Below, piece by piece: positions 49,997 through 59,818 of a DNA stretch of 64,000 bases; the stretch's first letter is position 1, and every line of letters starts with the position of its first letter. Source of the DNA: Candidatus Omnitrophota bacterium. Its GTDB lineage: Bacteria; Ratteibacteria; UBA8468; MWAK01. Below the pieces are notes generated by a model. It ran no database searches. It saw only the letters and a program-made list of their open reading frames with translations, and had not been told where the DNA came from. The position numbers were made by a program, and so were the translations under genes. The stretch is from positions 48,678 to 112,677 of the forward strand of contig JBDRQI010000005.1 in the NCBI GenBank assembly GCA_043826355.1, in the 5' to 3' direction.

Positions 49997-50722
49997 ATGG
50001 TAAAAATAATTGCCCACCAAGGATTTTCCGGAAGGTATCCCGGAAATACGGAGATTGCGTTTCAGAAAGCCCTTGCCCTCAACGTCGATGCCGTTGAATT
50101 TGACGTTCACCTCTCCGCAGATGCAGCGTTAATCATATGCCACGACGGGGACGTGGACAGAACATCCGATGGTTCCGGTAAAATCAGTCAACTGACGCTG
50201 CCGGAAATTAAAAACTTGGACGCCGGCGGCTGGTTCGGAAAGGAATTTGAGAAACAGCGTTTTTTAACGCTTCAAGAAGCGCTTGATGTCCTCGGCACCA
50301 AAATCAGGCTTAACATCCACGTCAAGACCTATGAATTTGACCGGGAAAAAATAACGCCGCTAATCGTTAAGGAACTGGAACGCAGAAATCTCCTGCGCCA
50401 GGTGTTCATCGCCTCTGGCGAAGAAACGATTAAACTGGTCAAAAAGATTCAGCCGAAACTGGAAATCTGCAACCTTTCCAGGAAACCCGAAAACACTTAC
50501 ATTAAGCGTTCTCTCTCGGTCGGGTGCTACATCCTGCAGCCGGAAAATATACAAGTAAATCAATCATTCGTTGAAGAAGCCCACCGCCACGGTATGGAGG
50601 TCAACCCGTTTTACGCCGATGATATTGCCGAGATGCGCCGGCTGATTCAATGCGGGGTAGACGGAATATTAACGAATTACCCGGATGTGTTGTTAAGAGT
50701 CCGAAAGGCAATCTCCTCATAA
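49997..50722 (+). CDS. glycerophosphodiester phosphodiesterase
   Basis: HQGFSGRYPGNTEIAF...EFDVHLSADA...HD. Confidence 0.85.
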   Translation: MVKIIAHQGFSGRYPGNTEIAFQKALALNVDAVEFDVHLSADAALIICHDGDVDRTSDGSGKISQLTLPEIKNLDAGGWFGKEFEKQRFLTLQEALDVLGTKIRLNIHVKTYEFDREKITPLIVKELERRNLLRQVFIASGEETIKLVKKIQPKLEICNLSRKPENTYIKRSLSVGCYILQPENIQVNQSFVEEAHRHGMEVNPFYADDIAEMRRLIQCGVDGILTNYPDVLLRVRKAISS

Positions 50723-50847
50723 AAATTGCGTTTTTGATTAAATAAACTTAAAAAACGAACTTTCTTGGTACTCAATTTTGAGGAACCGGATCGGGTGCCA
50801 AGTTTCGACCGCCAGAGCGACGGCGGCATATCAGGACTACGGACACT

Positions 50848-51198
50848 ATGCCAGGAAAAATGTTGTCGGAACAGATTAAAAAAATCAACGAATCCACACA
50901 CCTCAGTGAAACAGATAAGAACCGCCTCATTTCGGAACTGCTCAAACATGCTGCGCCGCAACCCGACAGCCCGGAATTCAATCCGGCAGGCGGATATATC
51001 CTCAGTTTCCTCTTTCCCCCGCTGGGCTTATTCATCGGCGGCCATTACCTGTTCCGCTATGGGGAAGACGGGGTTAAACCCGGCATAATCTGTATCACGC
51101 TCACTTCTATTTCACTGGTAATCGAACTCCTGCTCTTCAAAAACATGCTCCGGGCTCTCCTGTCCGGCCTTTCCTCCTTGAAAATCCCGGGCATGTAA
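50848..51198 (+). CDS. hypothetical membrane protein
   Basis: Two predicted TM helices; no family recognised. Confidence 0.3.
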   Translation: MPGKMLSEQIKKINESTHLSETDKNRLISELLKHAAPQPDSPEFNPAGGYILSFLFPPLGLFIGGHYLFRYGEDGVKPGIICITLTSISLVIELLLFKNMLRALLSGLSSLKIPGM

Positions 51199-51245
51199 TT
51201 ACAATAAAAACTCAAGCAAGCTTGGCAACTACAACAGCAATTCTT

Positions 51246-52619
51246 ATGAAATTCTATATCAGGACGTTCGGGTGCCAGATGAACCAGGCCGACAGCGCCT
51301 ACCTGTTCGGTCGCCTCATTGAGGCCGGGTACCGGAAGACGGAAGACCCGGAAGAGGCACAGGTCATCATCTTCAATACCTGCAGCGTCCGGCAACACGC
51401 AGAGGAGCGGCTCTTCCAAAACCTGAAAACGTTGCAGCCTCTGAAAAAGAAGAGGCCGGAGTTGATTATCGGCCTGATCGGTTGCATTCCGGCCCTGCGC
51501 CGGGAGATGCTGTTCCGCTCTTTCCCTTACCTTAATTTTCTGGCCGGTCCAGAAAGTCTGGCCATGATTCCGGACTTGATTTCCCGCAGTAAAAATGGCG
51601 CGCAGATTGCGGTCTTTGACTCCAAATTAGATTCCTATGCCTGCCCTCAAGCGCAAAGGAATATCAGCGCTTTTCTACCGATAATCATTGGCTGCGACAA
51701 CTTCTGCAGTTACTGCGTGGTACCACTTACCCGGGGCAGGGAAAAGAGCCGACCGGCCGAAGATATTCTGACAGAGGCGAAAAAAATGGTTTTCGGCGGC
51801 GTCAAAGAGATAATCCTCCTGGGTCAGAACGTCAATTCCTACCGGGAAACGACAGGGACGAGATTCCCGCTTACAACATGCGGGAATGACATCGTTTCGG
51901 GTCGGATAAATCCGCCCCCCGGAAATAAAGGGATCGAAATCGATTTTCCGGAACTCCTGTCCCGGATAGCCGGGCTATTCGGCATCTTGCGACTGGGTTT
52001 TATGACCTCCCACCCCAAGGACGTCTCCCCGAAACTTTTTAAAGTAATCGCCGAACATTCAAGCATCTATCGCCACCTGCACCTCCCCTTGCAGAGCGGT
52101 TCCGACTCCATCCTGCAGACAATGAACCGCGGCTACACCGCCGCCCATTACCGGCAGAGAATGGGAGAAGCCAGGGAAATTGTTCCCGGGTTGTCGCTCA
52201 CTTCGGATGTCATCGCGGGATTTCCGGGCGAAACGGAAGATGACTTTAATAAAACCTTATCGTTAATTGAGGAAATACAATTTGATGACTTGTTTGCCTT
52301 TAAATATTCGGACCGCCCCAAAACTAAAGCCGAAAGACTGGGCGGCAAGATTCCGGAAAAGACGAAAGAGGAACGCTTGGCCAAACTCTGGAAACTGCAG
52401 GACGGAATCTCCCTGAAAAAAAACCTGGAGATGAAAGGTAAAACTTGCGAAGTTCTCTTGCTGAGCGAGAGCTGGAAAAGACCGGGTTTCCTGATTGGCA
52501 AGACGGAAAATGGAAAGAAAATTCTCGTTTCGGAAAACGCAAAATCAGTCGGTTCTTTAGTTCGGGTTCAAATTACTTCGGTTGACCGCCGCCTGCTCTA
52601 CGGGGTTGCCGAAAAATAA
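51246..52619 (+). CDS. miaB: MiaB/RimO-family tRNA methylthiotransferase with an in-frame repeat-derived insertion
   Basis: MTTase N-terminal domain FGCQMN, radical SAM motif CDNFCSYC, C-terminal TRAM domain. About 33 extra codons at 51852-51950 carry the intergenic repeat families. Confidence 0.8.
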   Translation: MKFYIRTFGCQMNQADSAYLFGRLIEAGYRKTEDPEEAQVIIFNTCSVRQHAEERLFQNLKTLQPLKKKRPELIIGLIGCIPALRREMLFRSFPYLNFLAGPESLAMIPDLISRSKNGAQIAVFDSKLDSYACPQAQRNISAFLPIIIGCDNFCSYCVVPLTRGREKSRPAEDILTEAKKMVFGGVKEIILLGQNVNSYRETTGTRFPLTTCGNDIVSGRINPPPGNKGIEIDFPELLSRIAGLFGILRLGFMTSHPKDVSPKLFKVIAEHSSIYRHLHLPLQSGSDSILQTMNRGYTAAHYRQRMGEAREIVPGLSLTSDVIAGFPGETEDDFNKTLSLIEEIQFDDLFAFKYSDRPKTKAERLGGKIPEKTKEERLAKLWKLQDGISLKKNLEMKGKTCEVLLLSESWKRPGFLIGKTENGKKILVSENAKSVGSLVRVQITSVDRRLLYGVAEK

Positions 52620-52633
52620 ACAGGACACGCGCC

Positions 52634-53665
52634 ATGAAAAATTTTACGGTTAAAGCCAAAATGATATGTACGCTCGGTCCGGCTTCATCAAGTGAAACTG
52701 TTATAAGAAAAATGATGCGCGCCGGCATGGATGTTGCGCGTCTTAACTTTTCGCACGGAAAACCCCAGGAATTGCTTCACAGAATAAAACTCGTCCGGCT
52801 TTTAAACACGAAACACCGCAGACGCATCAAACTTCTCGGCGACCTTCAGGGCCATCGGATAAGGATAGGCCAATTCGTTGCTCCGTTAGAGCTTAAAAAG
52901 CGCCGGATAGTTTGGCTTTCCCGCCAAAAGACAAAAAGCGAAAACGCAAAAATACCATTCGATTACCAGGGACCGTTAAGCGGCATTAAAAACGGCTGCC
53001 AAATATTTATAGACGACGGTAATATCGCTTTGGAAGTAATCGGCCGGTCTAAAAACAGCCTGAAGGCCCGGGTAATAGCCGGCGGGCTATTAAAGGAGCG
53101 CAAAGGCGTAAATATTCCGGGGGCACAGCTTGAGTTCGGCGGTATAAGCAAAAAAGACGCCCGGGATATACTTTTTTGCGAAAAAACCGGTGTTGAATAT
53201 ATTGCGCAGTCATTCGTGCGTACAAAAAAAGATATTTTAGAGGTAAGAAAACTTCTCCAGCCGGGTTCGTCCTGTCAGGTTATCGCTAAAATTGAATGCC
53301 GGGAAGGCATAAAAAATATTGACGATATAATCAAAGTTTCAGACGGCATTATGATTGCGCGCGGAGACATGGGCGTATCGCTCCCTGTTTACGAAATTCC
53401 TATTATTCAAAAGATGATTATCAAAAAATGCAATCGCGCCGGGAAATTTGTCATTACCGCCACCCAGATGCTTGAGAGTATGACGGATAACCTTCGCCCT
53501 ACCCGCGCAGAGGTAACAGACGTGGCAAACGCCATAATAGACGGCACTGATTTTGTGATGCTCTCGGCAGAGACGGCAGCGGGTAAATACCCCGCCGAAG
53601 CGGTTACGATGATGAATAATATAATAAAATTTACGGAAATAAATTCGAGTAAATTGTTTTTATAA
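52634..53665 (+). CDS. pyruvate kinase-like barrel-domain protein (no C-terminal domain, divergent active-site residues)
   Basis: NFSHG and MIARGDMG motifs present, but [12 protein letters not shown] replaces the canonical LDTKGPEIR; stops after the barrel. Confidence 0.55.
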   Translation: MKNFTVKAKMICTLGPASSSETVIRKMMRAGMDVARLNFSHGKPQELLHRIKLVRLLNTKHRRRIKLLGDLQGHRIRIGQFVAPLELKKRRIVWLSRQKTKSENAKIPFDYQGPLSGIKNGCQIFIDDGNIALEVIGRSKNSLKARVIAGGLLKERKGVNIPGAQLEFGGISKKDARDILFCEKTGVEYIAQSFVRTKKDILEVRKLLQPGSSCQVIAKIECREGIKNIDDIIKVSDGIMIARGDMGVSLPVYEIPIIQKMIIKKCNRAGKFVITATQMLESMTDNLRPTRAEVTDVANAIIDGTDFVMLSAETAAGKYPAEAVTMMNNIIKFTEINSSKLFL

Positions 53666-53700
53666 GCACCCGGTTCAACGCCAACAAACACGGAGAAAAT

Positions 53701-56418
53701 ATGAAAGAATTAAAATGGTATCAGCATTCAATAACGGAAGTTCTTTCGCATCTCCAGGTTACGGAAACGGGGCTTGCCGAACAGGAGGCGCAGGCAAGGC
53801 TGGCTGAACACGGGCCAAACCAGTTGGAAGCAAAAAAGAAGGAAAGCCGGCTTTTAATCTTCATCAAGCAATTCAAAAGTCCGCTTATATACATTCTGTT
53901 ATTTGCCGCCTTGATATCGTTTTTTGTCGGTAAAACCGTCAACGCGCTGGTTATCCTTTTCGTTCTATTTTCCAACGCAATAATCGGTTTCATACAGGAA
54001 TCAAAAGCCCGGAGCACCATGGATTCCCTCAAGGAACTCTCTTCGCCAAAAGCCAGAGTAATGCGCGCGGGTGAAGAAACGGAGATACCCACCAAAGACA
54101 TCGTGCCGGGAGATATCATCCTGGTGGAATCGGGAAGCAGGGTTCCTGCGGACGCGCGGATTATTGAGTCGGTAAGGCTCCAGATCGATGAAGCGGCGCT
54201 TACCGGAGAATCCCAGCCGGTCTATAAAATCATTGATTCCATCAAACTGGAAACCACGGTTGCCGACCGGCTGAACATGCTCTTTGCCGGAACGGTTGTC
54301 GCCTCGGGCCGGGGCAAGGCGGTGGTCATCTCCACGGGCATGAATACGGAAATCGGCAAAATTGCCGGCATTATTCAATCGGAACCGGAGACCAGAACTC
54401 CGCTCCAGCGCCGCATGGAGGCTTTCGGCAAGGTTATCATCTTTATCGTCCTAGCGCAGGTAACCTTTGCATTTATCGTCGGATGGGTTCTGCGGGGTCT
54501 GCCGTTTTACGAGATATTCCTGGTTGTCTTAAGCCAGACGGTCTCTTCCATACCGGAAGGCCTGCCGGTGGCGGTAACGGTGGCCCTGGCGGTAGGCATG
54601 CAGAGAATGGCAAAAAAGAAGGCTTTTATCAGGAAACTGGCGGCGGTGGAAGGGTTGGGCAGCGCCACTATTATTTGCAGCGATAAAACCGGAACCCTTA
54701 CGAAGAACGAGATGACTTCGCGGCGTCTGGCCACCATGAAGCAAACAATAGAAATAACCGGAGCCGGATACCGGCCTCAGGGTAAATTCTTATTAGACGG
54801 CAACGAAATAAACCCGCTTGAAAATAAAGAAATAAACCTGCTTCTCAAAACAGCTTCTCTCTGCAATAATGCCCAGTGGAAGGAGAGGCCGGATGATGAC
54901 GGCGGGGTAAAAAGTTCGGGAGACCCGACGGAAATCGCTTATCTGGTAACGGCCGTTAAAGCCGGAATTAGCCCGGATAAACTTAATGAAGAATTTCCCA
55001 GAATCGATGAAATTCCTTTTGAGTCCCATATTCAGATGATGGCAACCAGGAATAGGTCGGGTGATAATAAAAATATGATCTCGGTCAAGGGCGCTCCGGA
55101 AAAGATTGCGGACCTTTGCGGGTATTATCTTCAAGACGATAAAACAACGGAATTAACCGATTCTCTGCGCAAGGAAATATTATTACGTTCGGAGAAAATG
55201 GCCAAGGATGCGCTCCGGGTTTTAGCTTTCGGTTTCAGCGAAGAAGACAACGCGCCGGGCGGCGCATTTGACTGGGATTCTTTAAAAAGAAAAATTGTTT
55301 TCGCGGGCTTAATCGGCAATATTGACCCGCCGCGGCCGGAAGCCAGAGAAGCGATAAAAATATGCAAAAACGCAGGTATTAAAATAGCGATGATTACCGG
55401 AGACCATCTCTCCACGGCCGAAGCGGTGGCGGTTGAATTGGGCATAATGGAAAAGGGCGACGAAGGCATTGCCGGTGACCTATTAGACAATATGACCGAA
55501 AAAGAATTAGAAGAGGTGGTGACAAATTTCACGGTCTTCGCCCGAATCGAGCCGAAACACAAATACCTGATAGTCAAGGCCCTGCAGAAACACGAAGTGG
55601 TGGCCATGACCGGCGACGGGGTAAACGACGCGCCGGCTTTGGCGGCGGCCGATATCGGGGTGGCCATGGGGATAACCGGCACCGACGTGGCCAAGGAATC
55701 GAGCAGTATGGTTATCGCCGACGATAATTTTGCCACTATCGTGGATGCGGTTGAAGAAGGCCGGGGCATAACCGCCAACATGCGCAAAACCATCCTGTAT
55801 CTTCTCTGTTCCAGCAGCACCGAAATTTTAGTCCTGCTGACCACCCTGGCCATCGGGGTGCCTTTACCGTTATTTGCCCTGCAGATTTTATGGATAAACC
55901 TCGTTACCGACGGCGCCCTTACGGTTAACTTGATTATGGAGCCGAAAGAGGAGGTAATGAACCATCCGCCGGATAAGAAAAATGAACTTTTGCTGAACAA
56001 GAGGTTGATGGGGCTGCTGATTTTCCGCGCTTCCATTATGGCGGCGGGAATAATCGGACTCTTTATTTACGAGTTGACCAGGGGTATGCCTTTAATCTAT
56101 TGCCGCAGCGTTGCCTTTACGACGCTGGCGGTTACCCAATGGCTGAACGGAATCAACTGCCGTTCCACTACAAAATCTATCTTTAAAATGCCGTTTTTAG
56201 GCAATAAGTACTTGATTGCCGGCCTGACGGCGGCAATAATCTTACAGATATCGGTTATTTATATTCCTTTTCTGCAGAATATCTTTTCTACGGTTACGCT
56301 TGATTCAACGGACTGGATTAAAATCTTACTGGTGGGCAGCGGCGTATTCTGGCTGGAAGAGGTGCGGAAATTCATCGCCGGCCGCCGCCTTTCCGGCGCA
56401 AACGAAAATTTAAGATAA
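53701..56418 (+). CDS. cation-translocating P-type ATPase (Ca2+-type, P2)
   Basis: DKTGTLT, TGDHLSTA, GDGVNDAPAL; 905 aa. Confidence 0.9.
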   Translation: MKELKWYQHSITEVLSHLQVTETGLAEQEAQARLAEHGPNQLEAKKKESRLLIFIKQFKSPLIYILLFAALISFFVGKTVNALVILFVLFSNAIIGFIQESKARSTMDSLKELSSPKARVMRAGEETEIPTKDIVPGDIILVESGSRVPADARIIESVRLQIDEAALTGESQPVYKIIDSIKLETTVADRLNMLFAGTVVASGRGKAVVISTGMNTEIGKIAGIIQSEPETRTPLQRRMEAFGKVIIFIVLAQVTFAFIVGWVLRGLPFYEIFLVVLSQTVSSIPEGLPVAVTVALAVGMQRMAKKKAFIRKLAAVEGLGSATIICSDKTGTLTKNEMTSRRLATMKQTIEITGAGYRPQGKFLLDGNEINPLENKEINLLLKTASLCNNAQWKERPDDDGGVKSSGDPTEIAYLVTAVKAGISPDKLNEEFPRIDEIPFESHIQMMATRNRSGDNKNMISVKGAPEKIADLCGYYLQDDKTTELTDSLRKEILLRSEKMAKDALRVLAFGFSEEDNAPGGAFDWDSLKRKIVFAGLIGNIDPPRPEAREAIKICKNAGIKIAMITGDHLSTAEAVAVELGIMEKGDEGIAGDLLDNMTEKELEEVVTNFTVFARIEPKHKYLIVKALQKHEVVAMTGDGVNDAPALAAADIGVAMGITGTDVAKESSSMVIADDNFATIVDAVEEGRGITANMRKTILYLLCSSSTEILVLLTTLAIGVPLPLFALQILWINLVTDGALTVNLIMEPKEEVMNHPPDKKNELLLNKRLMGLLIFRASIMAAGIIGLFIYELTRGMPLIYCRSVAFTTLAVTQWLNGINCRSTTKSIFKMPFLGNKYLIAGLTAAIILQISVIYIPFLQNIFSTVTLDSTDWIKILLVGSGVFWLEEVRKFIAGRRLSGANENLR

Positions 56419-56432
56419 ACCGAATAACATAA

Positions 56433-56918
56433 TTATCGTTTCGGTTGACCGCCGCTTGCTCTACGGAAAAACTGCCTGAGTGCAAAAGCAAGTATCGCTA
56501 AAAGGGCTAATTCCGACGAAAGTTTTAATCTGCTCCGGTCAAGAATTTCGTCAACGGCATTACCGGACCTGATAATCTCTATGCGGGAGGCGTGAATTCC
56601 GGTCTGCCCGTAATGGACAGGGCAGGCGTCGTAAAAGGTCCCAGTTACCCTCACCCTGTCTCCGACAATCTTGTAACGGCCCAGGTGTTTAATCTGGTCT
56701 AAATATTCGCTGGGGGCGTAAACGCCGATGGCGCTATTGCCGTCGTTCAGGTTAACCCAGCCGTATTCCCCCCTCAACATTAAATCGCCAATCGCTTCCC
56801 CTTCGGTCACTATTACCCTGCCGTCATAAAAACGGCTCTGGGTAATAAGGTCGGAGATGGAGACGGGCGCAGGCGCAATAATGTTACCGCCGAGCGTTAA
56901 AAACCAAAGTATCAACAT
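56433..56918 (-). CDS. hypothetical secreted/membrane-anchored protein
   Basis: N-terminal signal-like segment and a C-terminal TM helix. The 3' end overlaps the direct repeat at 56440-56466. Confidence 0.4.
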   Translation of the reverse strand: MLILWFLTLGGNIIAPAPVSISDLITQSRFYDGRVIVTEGEAIGDLMLRGEYGWVNLNDGNSAIGVYAPSEYLDQIKHLGRYKIVGDRVRVTGTFYDACPVHYGQTGIHASRIEIIRSGNAVDEILDRSRLKLSSELALLAILAFALRQFFRRASGGQPKR

Positions 56919-57016
56919 AGTTTTGTAAAACGGGATCCTTCACTTAGTTCAGGATGACAAACTCAACAAGGTGTCATTCTGAGTGTAAGCGAAGAATCTC
57001 GTCTCTTTTAATCGCA

Positions 57017-58516
57017 TTACCTGCCTTTAGCCCAGGAAAAGAGAAATCCGAAAAGTCCGAAGAGGGCCATAAATTCAAAGCGGCCTATCCACATCTGTAT
57101 CATATAAGTTATCTTTAAAGCGGCCGGCATCGTCGTGGCGGTAATGCCGACGCTCTGGCCGACGTTGGCGGCCGCTGAGACCGATTCAAAGAGTGCGGGC
57201 AAAAACTGGTATCCGCAGAAAACGCCGACCAGGGAACCCAGCAAGTAGAGAAAAAGATAGGCCAGGAATACCAGGCCGGCGGCCGCAATCTGGTTATCTT
57301 CCAGGACCGTATCCCGGAAGTGATGAATCTTTTCAATCACTATCCCCTGTTCCGGCATCAGGAGCATCTTCATCTGGCGCCAGAAACCTTTAAAAATAAT
57401 TCCGATACGCAGGGCCTTGATGGCGCCGGCCGTGGAACAGGCACAGCCGCCGATTGCCATCGCCATAATGATACCCAGCAGCGCCAACTCGTTCCAACGG
57501 GATAATTGGCTGGAAGTCACGGTCATAAAACCGACGCCGGCGTGGCCGGAAATCACCTGGTAGAACCCGACCCGCAAAACAGACGGCAGGCTTGCAAAGA
57601 ACGGCAGCCGGACCAGACCCAGCAGGGTTATGAATAAAGTAATAATGATGGTGGAAACGTAGGTCCGGGTCTCAATGTCCCGCCACAACTCGCGGCGCCG
57701 GCCGTTCCAGACAAGATAGTGCAGGCCAAAGTTGATGGAACCCAGGAAGAAGATTATGAAGGTCGTTATTTCGTAAAATACGCTGTGGTAATAGAGAATG
57801 GATTGACTCTGCGGGGTGAAACCGCCGGTATCCCAGCCGGCCATAAAGATGCATACCGCGTGAAAAATAGAGCGGCCCGGACCGATGCCCAGTCGTAAGC
57901 CGATGATTGTCAAGATCGCGCCTCCCAATAAAAAATAGACCAGGGTAACTAACCAGATGAACCGGGCGGTGGAAATGACGTTGGGAAGTATCTTCTCTTC
58001 CCTGGCTTCGCCCAAATACAGGGAAAAAGCGCCGCTGACCCCCCTGATGAAAAAGGCGAGCGCGATGATGACCACGCCCTGCCCGCCGATAAATTGGGTA
58101 ACGTGGCGCCAGAGGTTGTAACTGTGGGCAAGATGGTCAAGGTCCTGGGTCAAAGAGAGGCCGGTAGTGGTAAACCCGCTCATCATTTCAAAAAGGCTGT
58201 CCAGGAACGAGACATAGTGGCCGGAAAGGAAGAGCGGAATCGCCGAGAGCGCCATTGCCAAAAACCAGGAGATGCCGGCGATTAAAACCCCGTTAACCAG
58301 AGAAAGGTCTGTCTTCTTTGGCCGGAAAAAGGTTAGCAGGCAGCCCAGGGACAGAGAAATGCTGATGCCGGATATAAAATCGAGCGCCGGGTTCAATTCC
58401 CAAAAGAGAAACGCGGTGAATAAGGGCGCCAGCATCGTAATCCCCAGACCCGCGGAAATTTTGCCCAGGTAATAACCGATTACCTTAAAATCTTCTTTTT
58501 GCGGTTTCAAAAACAT
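57017..58516 (-). CDS. trkH: TrkH family potassium uptake protein
   Basis: About 500 aa polytopic with repeated pore-loop-like GxGx segments. Confidence 0.85.
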   Translation of the reverse strand: MFLKPQKEDFKVIGYYLGKISAGLGITMLAPLFTAFLFWELNPALDFISGISISLSLGCLLTFFRPKKTDLSLVNGVLIAGISWFLAMALSAIPLFLSGHYVSFLDSLFEMMSGFTTTGLSLTQDLDHLAHSYNLWRHVTQFIGGQGVVIIALAFFIRGVSGAFSLYLGEAREEKILPNVISTARFIWLVTLVYFLLGGAILTIIGLRLGIGPGRSIFHAVCIFMAGWDTGGFTPQSQSILYYHSVFYEITTFIIFFLGSINFGLHYLVWNGRRRELWRDIETRTYVSTIIITLFITLLGLVRLPFFASLPSVLRVGFYQVISGHAGVGFMTVTSSQLSRWNELALLGIIMAMAIGGCACSTAGAIKALRIGIIFKGFWRQMKMLLMPEQGIVIEKIHHFRDTVLEDNQIAAAGLVFLAYLFLYLLGSLVGVFCGYQFLPALFESVSAAANVGQSVGITATTMPAALKITYMIQMWIGRFEFMALFGLFGFLFSWAKGR

Positions 58517-58521
58517 AAAGT

Positions 58522-58692
58522 CATTTAAATTTTATCCAGTTTCCAAAAAGGGTGGCTAAAGCGATAATCAGGATAAATCCCAGGAGAAGAGCAATCGGCA
58601 GCAGCAGAGAATAACCGATGCCCAGAAGTCCGTTTCGAAAAGAAAGAATGAAGTTGCGAATATGACGCGGAAATGCAACCAGAGGTTTCATA
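58522..58692 (-). CDS. possible small membrane protein (56 aa)
   Basis: ORF MKPLVAFPRHIRNF...LLLPIALLLGFILIIALATLFGNW sits between trkA and trkH. Below the ORF-track cutoff. Confidence 0.3.
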
Positions 58693-58696
58693 AATT

Positions 58697-59359
58697 TTAA
58701 ATTTCAGGCAGGAAAATCTGCAAAACCGCGTTCTCCTCACCGATTCGCGTCAAAGCCACGATTTCGTCCTGGGGTTTGAAAACGGTGTCTCCGTGCGGAA
58801 TGAAAACACCGTCTCCCCGCACAATGGCCACCAACACCGACTCTACCGGCAGGATAACTTCGGAAACCTTTTTGGAAATTATCGGAGACTCGGCCGGAAG
58901 GTCAAACCGGACCAGCGCTAATTTTCCCTTGCGAAAGGTCACCAGGTTTACGAAATCGGAAAGAGATACTTCTTCTTCAATGACGCGCGCCAGGATGCCG
59001 GTGCTGTCAATCGGCACATCCACGCCTAATTCATTGAAGATGTGCTCATTGCGGCTGTCGTTCACCCGGGCTACGGTCCGGTCAATATGGAAAACCTCCT
59101 TGGCTAACTGACAGATAACCAGGTTATCCTCGTCGCTGCCGGTAACCGCGGCCAGAACATCGGCGCGCTCAATGCCGGCCGCTTGCAGGGTGGAAATTTC
59201 ACATCCGTCGCCGTTCACAACCAGGATATCAAGCTCCTGGCCGATACGGTCGCACACGGCGCGGTCTTTCTCCACCAGGGCAATCATGTGCTTATCCCCG
59301 AAGAGGCGGTGCGCAAGATAATGCCCTACGTTTCCGGCGCCGACAATAATTACGTACAT
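58697..59359 (-). CDS. trkA: Trk system NAD-binding component TrkA (RCK N plus C domains)
   Basis: IIVGAGNVGHYLA Rossmann motif plus a TrkA-C domain. Confidence 0.85.
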   Translation of the reverse strand: MYVIIVGAGNVGHYLAHRLFGDKHMIALVEKDRAVCDRIGQELDILVVNGDGCEISTLQAAGIERADVLAAVTGSDEDNLVICQLAKEVFHIDRTVARVNDSRNEHIFNELGVDVPIDSTGILARVIEEEVSLSDFVNLVTFRKGKLALVRFDLPAESPIISKKVSEVILPVESVLVAIVRGDGVFIPHGDTVFKPQDEIVALTRIGEENAVLQIFLPEI

Positions 59360-59362
59360 ATT

Positions 59363-59767
59363 TTATCCTTTCGTAAAGACCTTTTTTTTGAGAGCATCCA
59401 CCACCAATTGGGTTTCGCTGATGATATCCACGCCCATCTTCTGGTAAGTTGCCGCCCGGGCCGGGTCGTAAATCCGGGCAAAGACCTTCTCCAGATTAAA
59501 TAACTTCCTGGCAACCTGGGCGCAGACAATATTGGCGTTATCGCTGTCGGTAACCGCCAGGAGGACGTCAGCGCGGCCAATACCGGCCTCTTTAAGAACC
59601 TCCGGTGCAAAACCGTTTCCGACTATCGTAATACCGGAAAAAGACCGGCCCAGTTCTTTCAGATTTTCCCGGCTCCGGTCAACCACCACTACGTTGTGAC
59701 CTTCGCTTTCCAGCAATTGAGCGATTGTAACTCCCACCCGGCTGCATCCCACGACAATAATATACAT
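59363..59767 (-). CDS. TrkA-N (RCK N-terminal) domain protein
   Basis: IVVGCSRVGVTIA Rossmann motif; 134 aa. Confidence 0.8.
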   Translation of the reverse strand: MYIIVVGCSRVGVTIAQLLESEGHNVVVVDRSRENLKELGRSFSGITIVGNGFAPEVLKEAGIGRADVLLAVTDSDNANIVCAQVARKLFNLEKVFARIYDPARAATYQKMGVDIISETQLVVDALKKKVFTKG

Positions 59768-59781
59768 AATTATTTTCTGTC

Positions 59782-59806
59782 ATTCCCGCATGCATTAAGC
59801 GGGAAT
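59782..59806. repeat. family-A hairpin repeat
   Basis: attcccgc-atgcattaa-gcgggaat. Confidence 0.65.
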
Positions 59807-59818
59807 CTCTAATTTAGG

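Noticed and set aside
55131-56036. 301-aa minus-strand ORF
   Set aside because: Lies inside the P-type ATPase gene on the opposite strand; Ala/Ser-rich shadow ORF typical of GC-rich codon third positions.
58525-58740. 71-aa ORF from the track between trkA and trkH
   Set aside because: Its translation overlaps the trkA 3' end and has no features. The alternative 56-aa hydrophobic ORF in another frame (58522-58692) was recorded instead, at low confidence.
1029-59806. Possibility that the short hairpin repeats form a CRISPR array
   Set aside because: Copies are dispersed kilobases apart, are palindromic rather than direct repeats with unique spacers, and there are no cas genes in the window.
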